DNA from: Phallusia mammillata
Lineage: Eukaryota
DNA: 64,000 nucleotides
Reading direction: 5' to 3'
NCBI GenBank assembly: GCA_965637545.1
Contig: OZ281494.1
Span: forward strand, 7,812,001 to 7,876,000
A program made the position numbers and the translations under genes. Positions within the stretch are counted from its first letter, which is position 1. Each line of letters starts with the position of its first letter. Below are positions 50,601 to 64,000 of this stretch, piece by piece. The notes under the pieces are model-generated. The model saw only the letters and a list, made by a program, of their open reading frames with translations. It was not told where the DNA came from and searched no databases.

Positions 50601-52940
50601 GGGAATTAACCTTGTTCGCACGCCCCTCGTTTGTGGTCTTTGTGGTGACTATTACGACGAAATCTGGGACTTGAGATTAAGACACAGTCAATAAACATTT
50701 CTGCGTACGGCGACAGCGGTGAAACAAGTATTTTAAAAAGCAGAGTATGTAACAAGTAAAAGATCGTCTAGCACAATGCAAATGACCCGTAAAACAGCTA
50801 GACAATTGGTTACCAACCTTTTTGGCGAGTACCTCGTAGATTTTTTCCTCATATATGCCTCAAATTAAATAGCCGACAGTCAATCAAACACGATTTCTGA
50901 TTAGGTATACCACATCAACCATACGAAAACCCCGCTGCCAAAGCTAAGGTGAACATCTTTTAAAGTAGAATACCTTGTTAAAACTTACTGAGGATGAATT
51001 CCTCCTTCGTTGGGAAGCAGAATTTTGTCAAACGTTCTGAACCGGGCGGATGCAACAAGGGGTATTCCGTATCTGCCGCGCCGGAGATTGTGACTCAAAA
51101 AGTGCAAACAAAGTGTACGTGACCACTAGTTGCACCATGTGTTAGTCACCATGAAGCTATGCGTCTGGGTGATAAGTAAAAATGAACTTTAATGTGGCGT
51201 TTATCCTGCAAAGTCTTGATTGTTGTTGGCCCTTGCTTTTTGAAGGCACAAAACTAACTTTAGGACGACGTGATGTTCTGTTGTTTGGTTGCGGGCGTAA
51301 TTAAGGTCATTATTTTTTAAATTGATTGTGTTGAGTCGTAACCTCTAAATTAGTGATTCTCACACTGAGTCCCTCGAAACCTTGAGGTTTTTCGAAAATC
51401 GGGTCAAAATTTCGGGTTTTTGATTTCGGTTTAAACCGGTTTGGAGGTTCGGTAGGAGGCTAAAACCGGCTAGAAACAGTTCGAAACTAGAATATTGCGG
51501 CAAAAACTCACCGAAAACCGGATTCTTCTTTGACTTTTTGACCCCAGAAAATCAACAAAAGAAAAAATCTATGGCCTTAGGTTTTTTTCGAAAATCGAGT
51601 TAAAATTTCGGGTTTATGATTCCGGTTTCAACCGGTTAGGAAGTTTTGTGGGAGGCTAAAACCGCCTAGAACCAGTTTGAAACTGGAATATTCCGGCGAA
51701 AACCTATCGAAAATCGAATTTTTTTTCGTTTTTTTTTGGTCCCCCAATAATCGAAATAAGGAAAAGGCTAATATAGATCAACCGCCAACTTTGTCTTGAT
51801 GGTTGATTTACTTTACGACTTTAGCAACTGTAAGTAAATCAAACAATATGACATATAGATTCGTCACACATATTTATTAACTGTCGAAAAGATTGGTATT
51901 CAACAAGGGTTTCGAATCTCGTACTCGTGTTTCGTCACGTGTTTACCCAGCGTAGTGTCAGACGATGTCCTATAACGAATAAAATTTTATCCAAAGGTTT
52001 TAAATCGATGAGCCAATTCGTGAGCGGCTGGCAGTTAACCTTGTTCGCACGCTTGTCGTTTGTGGTTTTTGCGGTGACTATTACGACGAAATCTGGGACT
52101 TGAGATTGAGACACAGTCAATAAACATTTCTGCGTAAGGCGACGGTGGTGAAACTCGTTAAGTCTTCAGAGAAAACAAAGTATTTTAAAAAGCAGAGTAT
52201 GCAACAAATACAAGATCGCCTGGTGCACAATAAAATTGACCCTTAAACAACTAGAACATTGGTTACCAAGCTTTTTGGTGGGTACCTTGTTAAAGTCACC
52301 GTGAAGCTACTACGTGTCTGCGGCTGGGTGATAAGTAAAAATTGCACTTTAATGTGGCGTTTACCTGGCAAAGTCTAGATTGTGATTTCCTTTGAGGTAC
52401 TAATTCCTTTGAGTGATTCTATTCTTGATTTGCAGATCAAAAGGCCTTTGCTTTTTGAAGGCACAAAACTGACTTTGAGGCGACGTAACGTTCTGTTGTT
52501 TGGTTGCGGACGTAATTCAGGTCAATATTTTTTAAATTGATTGTGTTGAGTCTTAACCTCTTGATCAGTAATTCTCAAACTGAGTGCCGCGAAATATGCC
52601 CTATTTTGAAGTGCAAACACGAAATACTGGTGTACATGACAACGTTTAAAAGACCATATTTTGGTGATTTGTAATCAAAAGCATGTAAAAAAGTATTCCA
52701 CGAATTTTAAGCATTTTTCAAATAGGAAAACTTAACCAATATTACGTCGTACCTGTATTTCGCAACATGTTTACCCAGCGTAGTGTTAGACGATATCCTT
52801 AACGCTTAAAATTTTATACATAGGTTTCAAATTTAATTTATTAGCGGTTGGGAGTTACCTTTGTTCGCACGCCTCTCGTTTGTGGTCTTTGTGGTGACTA
52901 TTAACTTACGAAAAAATCTGGGACTTAAGGTTGAGAGGCG
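47620..52940 (+). pseudogene. Family D decayed paralogs (copies near 47.6-47.9, 50.5-51.4, 51.9-52.6, 52.8-52.9 kb), small-GTPase-like
   Basis: Near-identical gactattacgacgaaatctgggacttgagatt blocks; P-loop remnant INISAYGDSG--ETSIL (50691-50735), GDGG--ET..F.ENK.F..EY (52138-52200), G4-like PLLFEGTKLTLR (52444-52480). Confidence 0.5.
51382..51771. repeat. Two-copy tandem repeat, period ~195 bp
   Basis: Units start 51382 and 51577: ggttttt(t)cgaaaatcg..aaaatttcgggttt..ggaggctaaaaccg. Confidence 0.85.
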
Positions 52941-53397
52941 AAATAAATTAGACGGCGCCCATTTCACCAAACACCATAAACGATTAGTATATCGCAACGA
53001 CTACAAGAGCTCGGTTGCCGAAACTGAAAACCTATTTCCAGTATAAAAGACTTCCCTGAACTTCCAGCTGAAGAGGAATTCCTTTCGAGGTTGTGAAGTA
53101 AAAACGTTCTTAGAACCTCCATAGGAATTCGGTTCGGGGTTGCCAAACGTTGCAAGAAGCTTAATACGATGCTATTGTATATGGCTTGTGGTGTGAATGA
53201 CAGCTTTGGCGCAAATCGTGTCGGTCGGCTGCAACGGGGTAGCTCGCATTCGCCGCGCCGGGGAATATGACTAAAACCAAGCTTAGGCTACGTGACCGCT
53301 CTTGCACCGTGTTAGTCACCGTTGTGATATGTTGGTCAGCGTCTGGTCTGGCGTCTATCCTGCAAAGTCGTGACCGTGAAACTAGTTCCATTTAGGT

Positions 53398-53817
53398 CAG
53401 CGGTTCCCAAACTGGGGTCCACGGTCCTTTAGGGGTCCGTGAGGCAATTTTGGGGGACCGCGAAGCGGTTGAAGTAATTCTATAATCTTATTTGGCGTCA
53501 GTTTGTGCCACTAAATAAGTTTAAATCAAAGTAGAATTGAGAATCGACTGTCTCCATTGCTAAACAATGGCCTTTATTAAATGACAACTATCAAAAATGC
53601 AATTGTTCGCGCACAATCGTAATGGTTTTTGTCCTGTTTGTGATGTCACATGCTGTCTTTGGATAATTGTTATGCGCAATTTTGCATAACTAGCTAAAAT
53701 CATGCAATCAACTTTCGTTTTTATGTAATACACATTTAGGTTTAAGGACCGCGAGCCCTCGAAAAAATGGCAAAGGGACCGTTTTGAAAAAAATATGAAA
53801 AAGTTTGGGAACCACTG
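53398..53817. mobile_element. hAT/Buster-like MITE
   Basis: TIR cagcggttcccaaact/agtttgggaaccactg; perfect TSD atttaggt. Confidence 0.92.
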
Positions 53818-54429
53818 ATTTAGGTGGTTTTATTTTTAATTAGCAAATCAAAAGATTTTAGGGAATACATTTTGAAGATCATACATGTTTCATGTAGGCT
53901 ATGTTTGTCGCTTTAAATCATACACTGTCCCTTGACTACATTTTAGAGTGTTTTACGACTGTAAATTGAATGCGTAAATAGCATCCCGTGAATTTACACG
54001 ACGAAACATATGAATCTGATGTTTTGGGGTCACAGTGATGGCCACAAACTAACAAGTATTTGGAAAACACGAGCACGTTTTTGTTTATATCATTTCTTTA
54101 CCTGGGAATCTGGAGTAAATACAAAAATATACAGAGCATTTATTAAGCACTAGTAATACTAATATTAGGCGATCAGTTCGTTATGTGATTCAATAAAACA
54201 TCGCACTTGTAACCAGGCTTCGAGCTAAGGGAAGTCACCTGCTGAAACGGCCCGATTCAATTCATTGTAGAGGCGAACAAAGGAGTTGTTATACACACAG
54301 ACACGCCCCCAACACACCTTCCTGATATTGAGCACTCAATTGGACTTTCCACGTGCACACACACCCCTGTATACGCCCTGTTTTGTTCGACCAATCATAC
54401 AGCTGGAACTTGTTTATCGTTCGTCAGTT

Positions 54430-57400
54430 ATCCAACACTAGTTCTTCTATTGCTACAGTGCAAGTGATAACGAAAGCTGAGGTGTAAGATTTTGTTGCCT
54501 AATTATTACCACTGGTCATAATCCGATAAAGCGTGATAACTATTATTTTGGGCTTATTATACCACGAGGCATAAAGTAAAAAACGTCGTCGTTTTATGTT
54601 GTCCAAAAAGTGTTGGTTTTTGACAAAGTCTTATTCTGTTGAAGTTATAAGTTAGATACATTTATCAGTCGAAAGAGCATCTTTGTATATGGGCATGCAA
54701 ATTGAATACGTTAGTTGGCGACAAGTACTTTTCAATTCAGGTTCCTGTTTCATAGCTAATAAGTTGATTGGGTTCCTAATTTTTTAAATTTATGATCCAA
54801 CCCTAATTATGTGCTTACGGCAGTTCGAGTGTGTAGTACTGGTTATCGTATGTCACATAATGCTGTGTTCTGTTGAGAATAAGGACAGCGCGTCTATTGT
54901 CACAAAAAGTAATTATATTCGCAAGACCAACTCGGATTCAAAGTGTTAAGTAGCGCAAGTCTTTTAATGGTGTATCTGGTTAGGTTACAAGTCATCATAA
55001 ACTAATCACGTTCTTTCCTCTTTGTTAACGCATCGCATCATACGAGTTTTCCCCACACTAGAAAATGAAACTAACACTGGAAAAATTACACAGTCTCCAC
55101 GCTATAGTGGTGTTTGCTTTCGTAACTTTTTACAAGGGCGGGCTTTATTTTCATCCCGACGTTTACCTTGCACAAACATTAGTTTATTGCTACAATGAAG
55201 TGATCGCGAAAATTGAGGTGTAAGATTCAGTTGCCCAATTATCACCACTGGCCACGATCTCATAAAGCGTGTGATAACTGTTATTTCAGGTATATTAAAC
55301 TACGAGCCATAAATTAAAAAACGTCGTCGTTTTAAGTTTTCCAAAAGTGTTGATTTTTGACAAAGCCTATTCTTTTAAAGTTACAAGTTAGTTACATCTA
55401 TTAGTCGAAAGAGCTCTTTGTATATGGGCATGCACATTGAATACATTAGTTGGCAGTTAGTACTTTTCACTTCAGTTCTCCGTTTCACATCGGATAAGTT
55501 GACTGTGTTTTTTTTTTATTATTAGAAAAATATTACCAAATCAACATTACTTAATCGTATATAGACAAGGCAAATTACGTCCTAATTGCAGGTTATCGGA
55601 TTTCACATAATGCGTTGTAAAGGGCGAGGAAAGCGCGACGGCAACACAATGGGTAATTGTATTCGCAAGACCAACTTGGTGATAAGTAGTGCAAGTCATC
55701 CAGGTGTTGCAACGTACATACCAAGTGATATCTAGTTGCAAGTCATCATGATATCGATGTTCTCCCCTCTTTGTATACCCATCGCATATTACGAGTTTTT
55801 CTTACACTTTTACTGGAATAATGACACAGTCTCAACGGTAGTGTTTGCTTTGCTTTTGTACGTTTTACAATTTACCGTAAGTCGGTGGCCGCTTTTGTTA
55901 AAGGTCGGAAGTTAAATGAAAAATATATATTTAGGTAGTAAAACAGATAGTAAAGAGTTTTAAAACGGTGCTATGAAGTGTACTTGGGAAGAAGGTTTTG
56001 TATTACAACCTAACGCGAGGCAGGGGCCGTGGTTGTAAGTTAAATAAAAATATATTAAGGTAATAAAACAGATATTTGAGAGTTTTGTAACAGTGCTGTG
56101 AAGTGTATGTGGAATAATGGTTTCATGCCTTTTGCGTTTTCGAATCAGGCACTTGACTTGAAGGCATAGCATAAGCGGCCAAAAGTAAGAAAATTCCAGT
56201 TTAAAGCAAGTTTTAAACCAGTTACAGACAGGCTACAACGCAACCTATTTTTAGAATCGCACCGACAATGTGAAGAAAGGTTCGACACCAAGCACGTTGT
56301 CAAAAGGCATTTCTCCTCGCGCGCAATCAAACAAACGCACTGAAGCGTGTTAGCTGACGTGCGTCGCGAAGTCTCGACTCATGGGGGGCAAAATATCTTA
56401 AATCCACCGGACGTAGTTGTTTTGGGGATTTACCTTGTACCACCGAAAAAAAAATATATTGGTAAAGTACTTCGAAAATCTCATTTTTGCTTAAAGTGGT
56501 CCACTGATAGAAAATAGAGAATAAGTAAAAGTAGCGCTTTTATTGGGTACCATACAGATGTGCCGAATTTGTCTGCGTAGTGACACCTGGACTTTGTTAC
56601 TTTGCCCTTTGAATTTCTGGAAATCGTTAATACAAATTTCGTTACCATTAATGTATTGTTTTATTTAGGAGTAGGAACGTGCGCAATTTAAGTATGACAA
56701 AGGCCAAAATCGAAATACCAACTCCGTTTCAAAGCGTTTGGTAGTGAAAGTAAAGTCATAACGCACATACATCAAGGTGTTTTAAATGCAAGTCATCATG
56801 ATAATTATCCCCTCCTTCCTGATTCTCTTGTTATTGACAAACATCATCTGTTACAAGTTGCTCTCACACTAACATTTCACAAAATATCAGTTTCAACGCT
56901 ATTGTTTGCTTTTGAGCGTTTTACAATTTACGGCGAGACCTAGACCGATTTCGTAGGAGGTTGAAGGTTAAATTAAAAAAAAAGTAATAAAACAGACAGT
57001 TGGGAGTTATATAATAATTAGTGTTTGGAAATGTAACTAGAACGATGATTTCGTGCTTTGTCAGAAACTTGGGAATCAGTTTTCATGAGCACTTGAAGGC
57101 ATATCATTAGTGGCGAGAGGAGGAAAGTTTCAATTTGAAACAAGTTTTTAAACTGGCTCCAGGTAGACTATTATGCGAAACCCTTTTTTTAGAATCGCAC
57201 AAGCGTTGTCAAACTGAGGAGAAATGTTCTGCTCCGAACGCAAGGCAACAAACCGTTCTTCTCACTGCAATTAAACAAACGCACTGAAGCGTGTTTGCTG
57301 ACGTGCGACACGTCGCAAAGTCCCGTGACCAACGGGGGGCTAAATATCCTAAAATCCACCGGCCGTAGTTGTTTGGGGGATTTACCTCGTGCCGCCGACA

Positions 57401-57520
57401 AATATTAATGGTAAATTACGAAAATCTGAGTATTGCAAAAAGCTGTCCACTTGAGCGCTTTTATAGGGTATGAAACAGGTTCCAAATTTGTCTGCGCACG
57501 GATCCTGGGACTTCGAATAT
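54430..57520 (+). repeat. Family E decayed tandem duplicates (54.4-55.1 vs 55.2-55.8; 55.7-56.6 vs 56.7-57.5 kb)
   Basis: Shared aaaaaacgtcgtcgtttta, tttgtatatgggcatgca, aaacaaacgcactgaagcgtgtt, aaatccaccgg.cgtagttgtt; weak GTPase-like words KNVVVL..VG, PDVVVLG, AFIGYHTDV. Confidence 0.75.
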
Positions 57521-60500
57521 CGGGAAAGCGGTATTTTTTATTTACTGGTGACGCATCATCCATATTAATGATAGAATTCAAAGGGTCGTTTCTTTTGAGT
57601 CGTGTGTTAGGTAAACGGATGTAGTACATAATAAAACAGAAAAATAACAACATCATAAAATCTGCTTGCGGGATGTGAGAAGAGCCCGAAATCATAAAAT
57701 AAATATACGTCACAATATAGGCATTCTTTCTGTGTATGATGTAACAATACAACAAAAACACTGTACCTCAAATAGCACATTTTTCAAATCCTTTCCAAAT
57801 GGGGGTCGAGCGTTGTTTGCCACTCAGAATCTCCCTATTGACAAGTCGCTACAAGTTCTTAACTATTGGTGACATGTCTTCAAGGTTACCCCAATCTGAT
57901 TTGAAACCCAAAATTTGATTAAATTTTTTTGTCAAGCCCCATTTTGTTCATGTTGTTTGTCTGTAGGTGCACATTTCACAGTTTAAAGATTCTGACAAGA
58001 ACCACACATGCCAATATATTTAAAAATACAAAACGTTTTGGAAATTCTTATGTCATTCCAAATAAAAAACGCTTTCAAGCTGACATGCCTTAGATGCCTC
58101 TATCTTACTTTTTTGTTTCTTCGGGAGAATAAAAGGATGTATTTGTAGACAATATAAACACTAATACCTTAAAGCTTGCTTGTGTAATGTGAATAACGTG
58201 GACTATAAAAGCTTCAACGTCCAAATATGCTATCTATTTACGATGATATGTTCCTGCATAAAAATCAGGGAATTAAATTGGTCAAAAATAACACAGGTAA
58301 TGATTAACTTCCGTACGTCAGACAGGACGTCCAACTTAACAAGTCACGAGGAAGCTAAGCCATTTTAAACGCGAATCCCCGATTTATTTAATGTTTAGCG
58401 GGGTTGACGGTATCGAAATGTCCCTGCTAACAGGTTTCCAAGCTGTGCAAACAGTTGTCCGCGTACATTGGACTTGACGGTCAATTGTAAACCGACGAAC
58501 CTTTTCAAGAGTTCATAAACCCAACTACGTACGCAAGAAAAGAGGTAATCATTAAAATTGGGACGTTAAAACAAACTATACAACCTAAGAACACGTCACA
58601 AAAAAAACAATTCTGAACTGGTAATACGAAAGCGATTGTTGTTTATTTTAGGTTACAGATGCGACCTTAATAAATCTTTGGACATGTGTGTTAGCGGTGG
58701 TGTCGAAAAATTTAAAATGTTGCTATAAATACCGTTTCAGGTACAATGAGGGGAAAATTTAAGGAACATAATGTCCATGTCGCAAGGTAGTCACATTGAA
58801 TAGCTACACACGTATGAATGATGTAAATGGCTCGCTCAAAGTTTCGACATTTGTTGAGCCTTGTCACCTTACTGCGTCATTCCGTGGGTAGCGTTGGACG
58901 CTTGGACAACTGTCAATCAAAACCGACAAAAGCCGCGACATTTCACCGAATACTATTGTGATAAAAATAACACGAAAACAAACAAATTTTATAAATCCGT
59001 TGAGACCGCAATTGCTCAGTTGAGGCGCGACGAAGTATAGAATTAGTGAAGCAGCAAACAAATTTAGGTGTGTCTTAGGAAATTGGCCATAGTTTTAAGA
59101 GAAGTTAAGCTGGGCGTTGGTGTCGTTCATTTCAGGATTACCCACTGTCTTCCTTATGTCTCGCCATGTTTCGGTTTTGTTTTGCCACATTGAAAAAGGT
59201 GTGGTGCAAATTAGGGATTTGCGACTTTTGTTGGGTGAAGGTCAGCCGCCCCAGTTAGGCATTATTAATAGCTATCACGACCGTCAACGTTTTGCTAACA
59301 CACGCCCCATTAAACACAAATTATACCTTGTATGGCGACACATTATCACGTGTGTTAAACATTGCCTAAGTCTGCAGACACAGTGCAGCGAACTTATCGA
59401 AACTTTTAAAACATTCCTCATTGTGCCGGGTACTTCTTTCAGGCGTCATTTCAGCGCCGCTTGACGTCAGAGCCAAGGCGATTGATGCGAGCGGCGCTCG
59501 GTAAACCTCACTTTTACAAACCGCTGACGCGCCCCGTGCGATAACAATTATCGCAATCTCCGCTTAAATCTTTAAATCCGACTCGAGGTACATACGTCAC
59601 ATAACCAGTATTACGTACTGGGGAATACGGTCGAAGCGAGTTTCGCCATCTAAAACGCAAGTAATACCTACCGTTGTAAAACTTTTTGTTAGATAAAATG
59701 TCTTAATGTCCTACATAGGGTGTGCTTGAATCCAAACAGGCATCATTAGCGGCGTGTACAGAAAGTTACAGTAGCATGTTTGAGTTATATTTCGAAAATG
59801 CTAATCGAAACTTCGTTGTGTTTCAAAGCAATGCAGAGTCATAACACATTGACTTCAAGACGGTAGTATTAGTAACAAATTAGACTGCATCATTTCGTCA
59901 ATTGACAAACTTAAAATTAAAGATAATAATGCGATTGTGGAAATTTTGCAAAGTTTTGAACTTTGAAAGACATGAGGAATTATATTTCGACCATAATCTT
60001 CCGTTGCCCAATATGTCTCACTCTGCAATTGTTTAGTGCGTTTTTTTGTTTCATTGGTATTTCTGCACGGTTGTTACAACTTCCCTGGTCAGAGTTACGC
60101 ACAGCTAAAAGTCAAAGAAAATCACGAAACGAACAAGCCAGCACAAGACATTGTAGGATAGAGTCCCTAACTTTGTAATGCTATATGCCAGGACACGAAA
60201 GATATATAAGTCGTTTAAAGGGGCGCCGTTGTGGACACAAATTTGAAAACAGAGTTAGGGAGAAAATATTACCTATGCGACCATACTTTTCAAAATCCTA
60301 AAAGGGTGAATCATCGACAGCGTTGCGATAGACTGGAGAAATTGTGGTTTTCAGGTTGACATCCGCAGTCAGGAAGAATGAGCAAGCAGCGTATAGCGGT
60401 TGCTAGGAAACGGGATTTTGACAGGGAGAATCGCCAGGAAGTGTAAGCTGGAAGCGGATAAAGTAATTCCGGTTAGCAATAATAAGGGATGAGTCAATTT

Positions 60501-61147
60501 GTGTGGTGGGCTAATTTTAAGTGAGGAGCTATTTAAAGGTGTGGGCAGCTATTCCGTATTTACCAAATAGTGGAGTATTAGTCACACGGTTTAAAGGGCG
60601 TTTAATACCATAAGCGCTTCGCTTTAAGGCATCGCACCCCACAGCTGCGCGTAATATCCTGTCCTGAGCCCTTAACCGCTGTTGTTATCGAAGTGGTTTT
60701 GTCTCAAAATTGTGCAGAGCAAAGCGTGGATTGCACGTCTGCAAAAACAAGCCTTCGTTTATGGATTTGTTTGTGATATGTGCTGTACTTTGAACCAAAA
60801 CACATATCATCAGCCCCTTGCATAACAGACGTCAATATCTTGTTGAATGCGTGGGTGGCGAATTGAGGAAAACATGACGTCCCAATCGCTTCTTACCACG
60901 TGACCATTTTCCTGGTTTTCCTATTCAAGGAATTGAGAGGAAAGTCGCTCTGCACCGGACGATAGTACGCGATTGTTTTGCCATGCAAGCGTGGGAAACG
61001 CAGTTAATGCGACGAATTGCAGAGCTTTTCGTCTTGTGCGTCTCCAGGGGCCTGACTGCGTAATTGTCCAACGATGATCAAGTCCTCGACCTGATTCGAT
61101 TGCATCCGGATAGGGTATTGCGACACGATTGCGTTATGTTGAGATGC

Positions 61148-61345
61148 TGTTTTGGTGGAATTCATTCGTTCAATAGCTCGGGAAGCACAGTTCTTTGTTG
61201 TCTTTCTTTCGAAGTCATTTACTTTATTAACTTGATGTGGTAAAACGTCTTAATTTTGATTGTTTTTTTCGCGAAGCCGTTTTGGTGGAATTCATTTGTT
61301 CATAGGCTTAGGAAGCATGGTTCTTTGTTGTCTCCGTTTCAACGA
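61148..61345. repeat. Short direct repeat (~65 bp, period ~130)
   Basis: gttttggtggaattcatt.gtt..ggaagca..gttctttgttgtct at 61148 and 61278. Confidence 0.7.
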
Positions 61346-64000
61346 CAGTTATGTTTAAACTTTAGTTGTGTGTTTCCTTCGCGGAAAGGTACTGTGCTTT
61401 AGGTAGTAAAGGTTTTATTTTTTTCTTTTATAGTAAGTGGAGTGACCACGAGATCCCAGACCCTAAGCATGTTATTTTTAACCCATCGCGTCAACTGCAG
61501 AAAAATTTAATTTGTAAATTTAAAAACTGATTCTTGGTGCAACCATTGTGTTTTTGGTTCGTCGCTTGTTTTAGTTCGATCAAGAATTTGATTCTCCGAA
61601 TACAAAAAAACATTTACCCACATCAAAAACCTTATTAGAATTAATGCTCTAATGCTAATCGCTCGGTTATGCTTAGCCGACAAAATCTATATTTGGTAAT
61701 CATAAAGTTACCATTTATAAACATTGTGGTCACGTTTTAATTGTACAAAACCTGTTAAAGCACGTAGAGTTAGTCGCTACTTATGGGAAGTTTTTAACTT
61801 TACCGAAAGGGGAATTACCGGGTAAAGCCTCAGTTACCTCAAAGAGTCAAACTGGTATGAGCCGAACGCCTTTTTCACTCGCTTTCAGACTCGCTAGAAA
61901 GCGGTCGTGTTCGGCTTTGTTAGTCCTATTACTTGTTGTTGTGTCTGGGAAAAGGTTGAATCGCTGTTCAGGTTATTTGAAAGTAGCTGTCAATTTGCAA
62001 TATTTGTGAAGGTATCTCAAATAGTGTTACTTCCGAATTGTTGCAGTAGTCTTGTCAGTCAGGCCTGAAGTTTGGAGATGTTGGCAAGCAACATGATTGT
62101 GGATTGTGTGGTAACACTCAGCAGAGGGTTAGGTATGAAAGTTCAGTTGGTTTGGGCGGAAAAATATTTGCCATTCCAAATTTTAAAATGTTACGAATAG
62201 CCAAGAATGAAATAGTAATATTTTGGTCCAGAGTCTTTTTAAAACATGATTGTACTAATTTAACCAGCAGTGTAAACAAGCACGATTCACAAAGGTACCT
62301 TCACGCTTCTTGTGTATACTACATGGCATTTAAATTCGCGAACAATAGGCCTGAATGACTTGAATAGGCCGTTTTCATTTTCACGGTTTTTCGCGTTTGC
62401 TGTCATCAAATTTTTATGTGACGATAAAAAATATTTTTAAATCTTAAGTAAACGTAATTTAATAAACAGACATGTATATTAGGCAGTTATAAGTGTTTTC
62501 GAATATGAAATGCGACTATCGTATTTTAAAGCTTTTGCCGGGTTAAGCACTAATAATACTGATTATAATCAGTCTAACGCTAAGCTAATTTCTGGTCAGT
62601 TTCCCGGCCAGAAGGCCTAAACACGTGCAGCATGCAGGTCAGCGGATTTAATAACTTCCTGGATTTAGTAACAACGCCGCAGCGATATAAGGAGCGGCCA
62701 ACTGGTTTGAACTGGTCGAAGGCTGGATCGGCGGCAGGCGCGCCAAGATTTGGTAACAATAATGTTTCGCAATCAGCGACATGGCAGACAAGACGTGACT
62801 CGATAAGCAAACAAGTAAATCATGTGTTGTTTGCCGAAATACGCGAGCGGTTTATTACCCGGTTTGAGGTTGTTGTTCGTGCACAAGAGTTTGTGAATTA
62901 TGTTTATTTGGCGCTTAACTTACATTAAAGGTTGGATTTTCTACATTTGCGAAAATTACGTATTAATTAATGTTTAACCGGTTCGTTTGTTTTTCAGGTT
63001 TTTCCTTGTTAGCAGTTGCATTAAACCATTTTGTAGGGAAAGTAGCATTAATTTCCACAAAAAATTGCTACTTACATAAGCCTTCTCAGTTCCTAATGCC
63101 TAAACTGAATAAAAAACTATTTTGCTGAATCATTCATGCTGACGTGATCCCACTGGCGGAGTGAAGCTGATACTTGATCTTTTACGTGGGAACTGAAAAC
63201 GTCCGGTGAATCAGCAGAAACCACAAAAAACGACCTTGCGGGCACATGGCATTTTGCAGATTGTTTGTCCTTCTGCTTGTAAAATCAGTAATAGCATCAC
63301 AAAACACAACATAAAATCACCGGACAAAAAACTGAAAATTTACTGCGGGATAAGCATTTAATGTTATTTGAGCTGTCAACAGTATTTTACAAATTAGAGG
63401 TTCCCTAAATGCTAAACAAAATCGCTACGCAAGGTCAAAGTTAACGGTATTAATGGGATTACAGAGTTGAAAGCCAGGGAGACTCCGAAAAGTGTTTTTT
63501 GTCTATGTTGTTTGTAAGTTGTTGGCAACTGTGTGTCTTTGTCGCAAGACTCCCTGTAGCGCTGTTGTTTGTACGGTATTAAGCACTCAATCGCGGCGGG
63601 CGCCCGGCGTGGAAAACATGTTATTTATAGCTGTAAGCGGTCGCGCAGACGACTGGGTGTTATTGCCGCTTAAACCAATATTAGACGGACTTCAAAAACA
63701 AGTTGCGCAAATTCAGATTTCGTCACATTGCCAAGTCATATTTATCAGCCGTGGAAATGGTTGCGTATAAGTAACTGCATGACGCGTATGGTTGGAATAA
63801 AGGGTCATGTTTAATTTTGTAGCAGCGTTTTTGGTAAAAACTTGTGGCAACCTTAAAACCGTGCTGGTTGTTGTTCGTGGGGTCATCGGCATTAAATTAA
63901 CATGCTTTGTCTGCATCAAAACTTGGTTTCTCTTCAGTTGTCGATAATTTTAATTAAGTAGACAAAACATATGAGATGGCTTTGTTAACAAAGGAGAAAT

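Noticed and set aside
1-64000. CRISPR arrays, rRNA genes, prokaryotic operons or defence systems
   Set aside because: No regularly spaced repeat-spacer array or rRNA-like sequence; genes have spliceosomal introns
58000-64000. Short ORFs such as 59117-59464 and 62632-62928
   Set aside because: No recognisable domains or coherent exon chain; lengths compatible with chance

Overview
AT-rich eukaryotic (animal) genomic DNA with short spliceosomal introns; an ascidian/tunicate source is inferred from intron size, operon-like gene spacing and repeat types, and is not proven. 1-28.4 kb is gene-dense. It holds a Cys-type SelO adenylyltransferase (-), an ornithine decarboxylase antizyme with a UCC-UGA +1 frameshift site (-), and an intronless SELENOT with a Sec UGA and SECIS (+). 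It also holds EXOSC4, tRNA-Gly(TCC), TPGS1, a stand-alone OvoA-C-terminus-like methyltransferase, and an unduplicated BUB1/BUBR1 (MadBub) kinase. 28.7-64 kb has no intact gene I can recognise. It contains a broken BIR/IAP gene and several families of decayed tandem duplicates whose best-preserved frames show Rho/Ras small-GTPase motif remnants. About ten hAT-type MITEs (most with 8-bp TSDs) and two tRNA-derived SINE-like elements are scattered throughout. Most notable: the antizyme +1 frame is open upstream of the shift site and has in-frame AUGs, so frameshift-independent isoforms are possible (or the sequence has a 1-nt indel). All alignments are by eye; no database searches were run.
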